DNA of 64,000 nucleotides, taken from IMG/VR virus record IMGVR_UViG_3300028025_000094, one strand, 5' to 3'. The notes below the pieces were generated by a model that saw only the letters and a program-made list of their open reading frames with translations, was not told the origin of the DNA and made no database searches. The position numbers were made by a program, and so were the translations under genes. Shown piece by piece: positions 59,534 to 64,000 of the stretch; the stretch's first letter is position 1, and every line of letters begins with the position of its first letter. The stretch comes from an uncultured virus (IMG/VR IMGVR_UViG_3300028025_000094). Taxonomy: Duplodnaviria; Heunggongvirae; Uroviricota; Caudoviricetes.

Positions 59534-60298
59534 ATGAAAAAGGAAGAAAAATTAAATTTCAGAATTACGAATCCGAATAATCTGATCGTTTTTTTAAAGA
59601 AACTGAAAATGGTAGACCGTTCAGTTATCTTAGAATTGGAGGGACATGATCTTTTTGCAAAGATCAGAACCCCGGATAAATCGGTTCTTAAATACGTTGG
59701 TAGTAAGATTGATGATTTCTTTGAAGGAGATTCCTCAAGTTCTAGAATTAAAATAGGTATCATGGAGATAGGTAAATTTATCGACGTGTTCAAATATTTC
59801 GGACCAGAAGAGGAAACATTTATAGAGATCTCTGCTCAATCATTAGACGGATCTCTAGTTGCTACTGCATTCAGAGTTTATTCTGCTAGTATCAACATCA
59901 AGTTCAAATGTGCAGATATCTCACTTCTTTCTTATATAGAAGATAAGACACAAAAAATGGTTTTTGCTACCGACGGTGCATTTATATCTTTTGATTTTAC
60001 TAAAGAAGCTTTTGGTAAACTATCATCTCTTACAACTATTGAAAACAACGCCGAAGAGCTTTTAAGTTTTGATGTGCATTCAAAAGGACTTTCGGTTAAG
60101 GGGAATTCTTTCCAATACAACGTACTTAAGGATGGAGCTCTACCTGGATACGAAAGCGATGCATCTTATGCTATCTATAAGAATCAATTCAATTTTGTCG
60201 ATCAGGAAAATTCTGTATTTCATGTACAAGAAAATAGAATTGTAATTAGTTCACAGGAGAGTGATTCTCTTATTGCTGTTGGCCTTGTAGAAATTTAA
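59534..60298 (+). CDS. Putative DNA sliding clamp (gp45/PCNA-like)
   Basis: 254 aa with a two-fold alpha/beta pattern, next to the polymerase gene; fold inferred only. Confidence 0.45.
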   Translation: MKKEEKLNFRITNPNNLIVFLKKLKMVDRSVILELEGHDLFAKIRTPDKSVLKYVGSKIDDFFEGDSSSSRIKIGIMEIGKFIDVFKYFGPEEETFIEISAQSLDGSLVATAFRVYSASINIKFKCADISLLSYIEDKTQKMVFATDGAFISFDFTKEAFGKLSSLTTIENNAEELLSFDVHSKGLSVKGNSFQYNVLKDGALPGYESDASYAIYKNQFNFVDQENSVFHVQENRIVISSQESDSLIAVGLVEI

Positions 60299-60300
60299 AC

Positions 60301-60546
60301 ATGAAGGCAAAATTAAAATTCGATCTTAATGATATTGACCAAAAGATGGAGCACCTTAGATGTGTTAAATCCGGGGATATGGCTCTTGCCCTTTGGCAAA
60401 TATCGAGCAATCTTAAGAAAGAATGTTACTGGGCTATTGAGAATAACCCAAAGGAAGATCCAACAGAATATGTCGATTTAATCTTTGAAAAAATTTACGG
60501 CATTCTTGAAGAGCATTCAATAAACATAGATGATTTAGTAATCTGA
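60301..60546 (+). CDS. Hypothetical protein
   Basis: 81 aa, co-oriented in the replication cluster. Confidence 0.7.
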   Translation: MKAKLKFDLNDIDQKMEHLRCVKSGDMALALWQISSNLKKECYWAIENNPKEDPTEYVDLIFEKIYGILEEHSINIDDLVI

Positions 60547-60561
60547 CAATTTCCATAGAAT

Positions 60562-61719
60562 ATGAATTATGAAGAATTAGGTGTAGATGAGATAAAGGCA
60601 GAAATAGCTAGACTCAGAAAAATGTCAGATGATTATAAGAATGAGGAGCAAGGCGTAAAATTAACACTAAACAGTATCTACGGAGCCCTTGGGAATCAAT
60701 ACTTTGCATGCTTCAATACAGAAGTTGCAGAGAGTGTTACTCTACAGGGTCAGGATCTAATTAAGTTCGCAGAGAAGATAATCAATAAGTATTTCCACGA
60801 TCATTGGCATCTTGACACGGAGCTGCACGAAAAAATAGGAGTTAGAAACGTTCGACCGGTAACTGCTGAAATGGTTATCTATGTTGATACAGATTCTAAC
60901 TATGTAAATTTTGGTAACGTAATGTCCTCCTGTGAATTTGACGGTAACCCTTTAGATCTAATACTTAATATTAACGATCAAAGGCTTTCTGGTTATATTA
61001 CAAAATGTCTGGACATATATGCTAAGAAGTGGAACACTACAAACTACCAGGATTTTGAATTGGAAGCCATTTCAAGAAATGCTATCTTTTTAGGTAAGAA
61101 AAAGTACATAGTTAATCTTACCTACGAAGCTCCAGGAAAGCACTATAAAGATCTTTCCAGAATTAAACCCACCGGTATAGAGATCGTGCAGGGGGGTACA
61201 CCTCCGTTTGCGAGAGAGAAGCTTATTTATCTTTTAAAGCATTTATTCGAAACAGGCCGTGAATTTGACATTCGGACATTTGTTAAAATGCTTAGGGAGA
61301 TAAAATCCGAATTCAAGATACAAAAGCCTGAGTCCATCTCAATAGGTGTGGGGGTTAATAATATTGAGAAGTTTATTCTGAATGATAGTACCGGATTCGA
61401 AGTTGCAAAGGGATGTCCTATGCACGTGCGTGCAGCTGGGTATCATAACTATATACTTAATAACTCCAAATACAAGGCAAAATACTCGCTGATTCGTTCC
61501 TCAGAGAAAATCAAGTATTACTTTGTAGCGGTCAATAGCGAGCAAGAAAACAACGTTTTCGGCTATTTAAATGGGGCTTATCCATATGAATATGCTCCTC
61601 CTATAGATTTTGACGCACAATTCAACAGGACCATACTTGATCCAATCAATAGATTCATCGAGGTAATGGGATATTCCCCGCTCTCGCCTAACTTGCTTCT
61701 AGTCAGCGCTTTGTTTTAA
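60562..61719 (+). CDS. Family B DNA polymerase, C-terminal subunit of a split enzyme (gp43B-like)
   Basis: KLTLNSIYGALG (region III), YVDTDS (region I), KKKY, TGIEIV; no exonuclease or DxxSLYP region. Confidence 0.88.
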   Translation: MNYEELGVDEIKAEIARLRKMSDDYKNEEQGVKLTLNSIYGALGNQYFACFNTEVAESVTLQGQDLIKFAEKIINKYFHDHWHLDTELHEKIGVRNVRPVTAEMVIYVDTDSNYVNFGNVMSSCEFDGNPLDLILNINDQRLSGYITKCLDIYAKKWNTTNYQDFELEAISRNAIFLGKKKYIVNLTYEAPGKHYKDLSRIKPTGIEIVQGGTPPFAREKLIYLLKHLFETGREFDIRTFVKMLREIKSEFKIQKPESISIGVGVNNIEKFILNDSTGFEVAKGCPMHVRAAGYHNYILNNSKYKAKYSLIRSSEKIKYYFVAVNSEQENNVFGYLNGAYPYEYAPPIDFDAQFNRTILDPINRFIEVMGYSPLSPNLLLVSALF

Positions 61720-61736
61720 AACTATCTTTTCGCATG

Positions 61737-61744
61737 GATATATA
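61737..61744 (+). promoter_or_regulatory. Putative late promoter GATATATA
   Basis: 17 nt upstream of 61762. Confidence 0.7.
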
Positions 61745-61761
61745 ATTGAAAATACATCCAA

Positions 61762-62271
61762 ATGAAGAAATTTCAAGATTTTTATAAAAAGATAAACGAG
61801 CAGGAAGACGTAGACCCTGAAAATTTTCAGGAAGAAACAGATCTTGAGATAGATCCGGTAGCTCCTAAAACAATCGAGCCTCTTTCAAAAATGACTGATC
61901 AAGAAACTGGAGGCAGTTTGGATGAATCTTTCAAAAAAATCCTAGAATTTCAGATGCAACTTAAAGGATTCCATTGGGGAACAGAGATATATTCGGAACA
62001 TCAGGCTGGTGGACTTACATATGAATCCGTAGATGCTATCATGGATACATTAGTTGAAGCATACCAAGGATACGCAGGAAGAATAAAATTCGGTGGTCAA
62101 TATACTATGATTAATTATGCTGACGTTGATGCATTTGCGTGGTTGGGTGGTATCGAAGAAATAATTAAACAGTTAAGGGAAACAATCGAATATTCTGATG
62201 TTCAAAACATCCTTGATGAATTATTAGCTGCAGTTTCCAAGTTCAAATATCTATTAACGCTTAAAAAATAA
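61762..62271 (+). CDS. Ferritin/Dps-like protein with capsid-targeting-like N-terminus
   Basis: FHWGT...EHQA...YE...DTLVEAYQG...NILDELL...KYLLTL; MKKFQDFYKKINEQ. Confidence 0.7.
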   Translation: MKKFQDFYKKINEQEDVDPENFQEETDLEIDPVAPKTIEPLSKMTDQETGGSLDESFKKILEFQMQLKGFHWGTEIYSEHQAGGLTYESVDAIMDTLVEAYQGYAGRIKFGGQYTMINYADVDAFAWLGGIEEIIKQLRETIEYSDVQNILDELLAAVSKFKYLLTLKK

Positions 62272-62918
62272 TGAGGCATCTTAAACCTTTTGATGAGTTG
62301 TTTGAAGGTCTAGGATCATCTACCGTTCTCAACTTTTCTAGGGAGGATGTTAAAAATCGTGAATCCTATAAAGATCTGATTGCATCTGGCTTCAAGGATA
62401 TAACACCTCCAAGATCTGAAGAGGGTACATTCAGATTCTCGCATCCATCATTCGATGGCATGGATTATTTAATTTACACAACGGGATACATCAGGAGACA
62501 GGATACAACTAACGATGGACCCTGGCGTAATACATCAATGGTAACACAATCAGTAATACCTCCGGATGCGGTAAGAAGTGATTATAGACGTGACGAAACC
62601 GGTAAGATGGATTGGGTCACGAGACGCCCATCAAATTCCAGTATTATATATGGAAGACCAATTAAAAGTCCAGAGGATTATGATATAAAATTTGAGTGGC
62701 TAAAAAACATCGCAGATAAAAAAATTGCAAAATTAACCGGTACGAAATATATCCCCAATCCCAATCCCAAAGTTGTTATGGACGGATTTATTAAATTTGC
62801 CCAATCCTCTCCTGCTGCAGCATTAAAGGTTAAACGAACGTTTCCCAAGATATGGGACGAAATTAAAACCCTTCCCGATATGGATACGTTAGCGGATCTT
62901 GCAGATCTTGGATTTTAA
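62271..62918 (+). CDS. Hypothetical protein with capsid-targeting-like N-terminus
   Basis: MRHLKPFDELFEG; start overlaps the upstream stop. Confidence 0.7.
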   Translation: MRHLKPFDELFEGLGSSTVLNFSREDVKNRESYKDLIASGFKDITPPRSEEGTFRFSHPSFDGMDYLIYTTGYIRRQDTTNDGPWRNTSMVTQSVIPPDAVRSDYRRDETGKMDWVTRRPSNSSIIYGRPIKSPEDYDIKFEWLKNIADKKIAKLTGTKYIPNPNPKVVMDGFIKFAQSSPAAALKVKRTFPKIWDEIKTLPDMDTLADLADLGF

Positions 62919-62954
62919 TCCGGAACAATTTCACACCTTATCGATAAAAAGAGA

Positions 62955-63332
62955 ATGAAACTAGAATCATTCGAATTTTTAATTAAATCCCTCGCTAGTA
63001 ATTTTAAGACCGATCATTCATTTTATGAGTTGGGTCTTGATATTAGCAATATTACCGATCCATACCATCAGATCATAACTCATCTTCTAAGGGTCTACTA
63101 CGGGGAAACAGGTGAAGATTGGATATCCTGGTATTTGTGGGAAAGGAAAGAAGGTGATGAGGATCAAGCATGGGATGAGAATAAAAATCCAATATGCTAT
63201 GATATACCTTCTCTATGGAAGCATGTTGAAGAACTGAGGGTGTCCTCAGATTTTCAGGAGTATGTTCCACCGAGAAAAATGAATGAAGAAGAAAGGGAAG
63301 AACTATTAAATAATCTTTTCAAACACAAATAA
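62955..63332 (+). CDS. Hypothetical protein
   Basis: 125 aa with DWISWYLWE; weak GGAAC...GATAAAA motif upstream. Confidence 0.7.
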   Translation: MKLESFEFLIKSLASNFKTDHSFYELGLDISNITDPYHQIITHLLRVYYGETGEDWISWYLWERKEGDEDQAWDENKNPICYDIPSLWKHVEELRVSSDFQEYVPPRKMNEEEREELLNNLFKHK

Positions 63333-63338
63333 TAAGAC

Positions 63339-63740
63339 ATGGGATTTCATAGTAGACATATAAGTGATGATTCTTTAATAGCATTTGCTAAAAATGAATT
63401 AGGTAGTTTTGATACCTACATGAGAAACGCAGACTCGTATAACCTAACCGGGGAATATACATCTTGCTTTTGGGATTTTTATCAGGAGGAGAAAGAAGCC
63501 AGGGAATCTCTTTGGAATATTTTAAGAAATGAATCTGAGAATAAAGACCATTTGATTAATACCGTTTGTAAATTATGGGAAACGGCAACGAATGAAAAAA
63601 ATAATTTTGACCAGCTAGAGGGGATACTTAATTATTTAGATCTTGCTGAAAAAATAGGAAACCCTGAAGAAAATATCCACATTAAAAAATTAATAGAAAT
63701 ATTAAAAGAAAGAGTTAAAAAAAATATAAACAATGAATAA
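63339..63740 (+). CDS. Hypothetical protein
   Basis: 133 aa, co-oriented. Confidence 0.65.
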   Translation: MGFHSRHISDDSLIAFAKNELGSFDTYMRNADSYNLTGEYTSCFWDFYQEEKEARESLWNILRNESENKDHLINTVCKLWETATNEKNNFDQLEGILNYLDLAEKIGNPEENIHIKKLIEILKERVKKNINNE

Positions 63741-63999
63741 CGAACAACCCCAAATACAAATTAACATAGCAGGTGCGCCTTGGATTACATGCGACTGCGG
63801 AAGTCATCTTTTTAGATCACTTATGATGATAAAAAAGATTTCTCAGTTTGAATCCCCAACCCTGAGGGAGGAACAGGTGCCAATCGATATTGTAGTCTGT
63901 GAGAGCTGTGGAAAAATACCTAATTTTTTAACCTCAAGAATTAAAGACATCCCAACTGAACTTCTAGCAAAACCCCTTGTTGTTACAGATGAAAAATAA
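63733..63999 (+). CDS. Small zinc-ribbon protein
   Basis: CDCG...CESCG. Confidence 0.65.
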   Translation: MNNEQPQIQINIAGAPWITCDCGSHLFRSLMMIKKISQFESPTLREEQVPIDIVVCESCGKIPNFLTSRIKDIPTELLAKPLVVTDEK

Positions 64000-64000
64000 T

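Noticed and set aside
1..64000. Stop-codon reassignment
   Set aside because: Genes are full length in the standard code, and TAA, TAG (e.g. 48855, 50837, 53293) and TGA (e.g. 55018, 56439) all end genes at sensible positions.
1..64000. tRNA, rRNA or other ncRNA genes
   Set aside because: Intergenic gaps are short (mostly under 110 nt) and are explained by promoters and terminators. No cloverleaf was seen.

Overview
A 64-kb segment of a large dsDNA tailed phage with T4-like replication genes. The host is probably Bacteroidota, inferred from AT-rich leaders without Shine-Dalgarno sites and an outer-membrane protein whose mature chain starts with Gln. All credible genes lie on the + strand and use the standard code. 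1-37.5 kb is a fibre array: one 2477-aa giant and seven S74-chaperone fibres, all built on almost proline-free Gly-X-Y repeats rich in Ser/Thr (GTS/GSS/GTD). The array is interrupted by a cassette encoding a beta-barrel OMP, a membrane transporter and a U32-type Fe-S enzyme fused to a methyltransferase. Directly downstream (37.5-44.2 kb) is a glycosylation operon: GT4+2xFkbM, a DxD transferase, and GT4 fused to a TibC/Aah-type protein Ser-O-heptosyltransferase. The best candidate for an undescribed system is phage-encoded O-glycosylation of its own Ser/Thr collagen-like fibres. The rest encodes nrdA/nrdB, GT2-TPR, an epimerase, two type II topoisomerase subunits, UvsE, DnaJ, a putative clamp and the C-terminal half of a split family B polymerase. 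Interleaved with these are late genes that carry T4-like capsid-targeting N-termini. Two promoter classes are readable in the DNA: GATATATA (late-like) and GAAAC-N15/16-TCTAAAA (ECF-sigma-like). All family assignments come from motifs recognised by eye; no database search was run.
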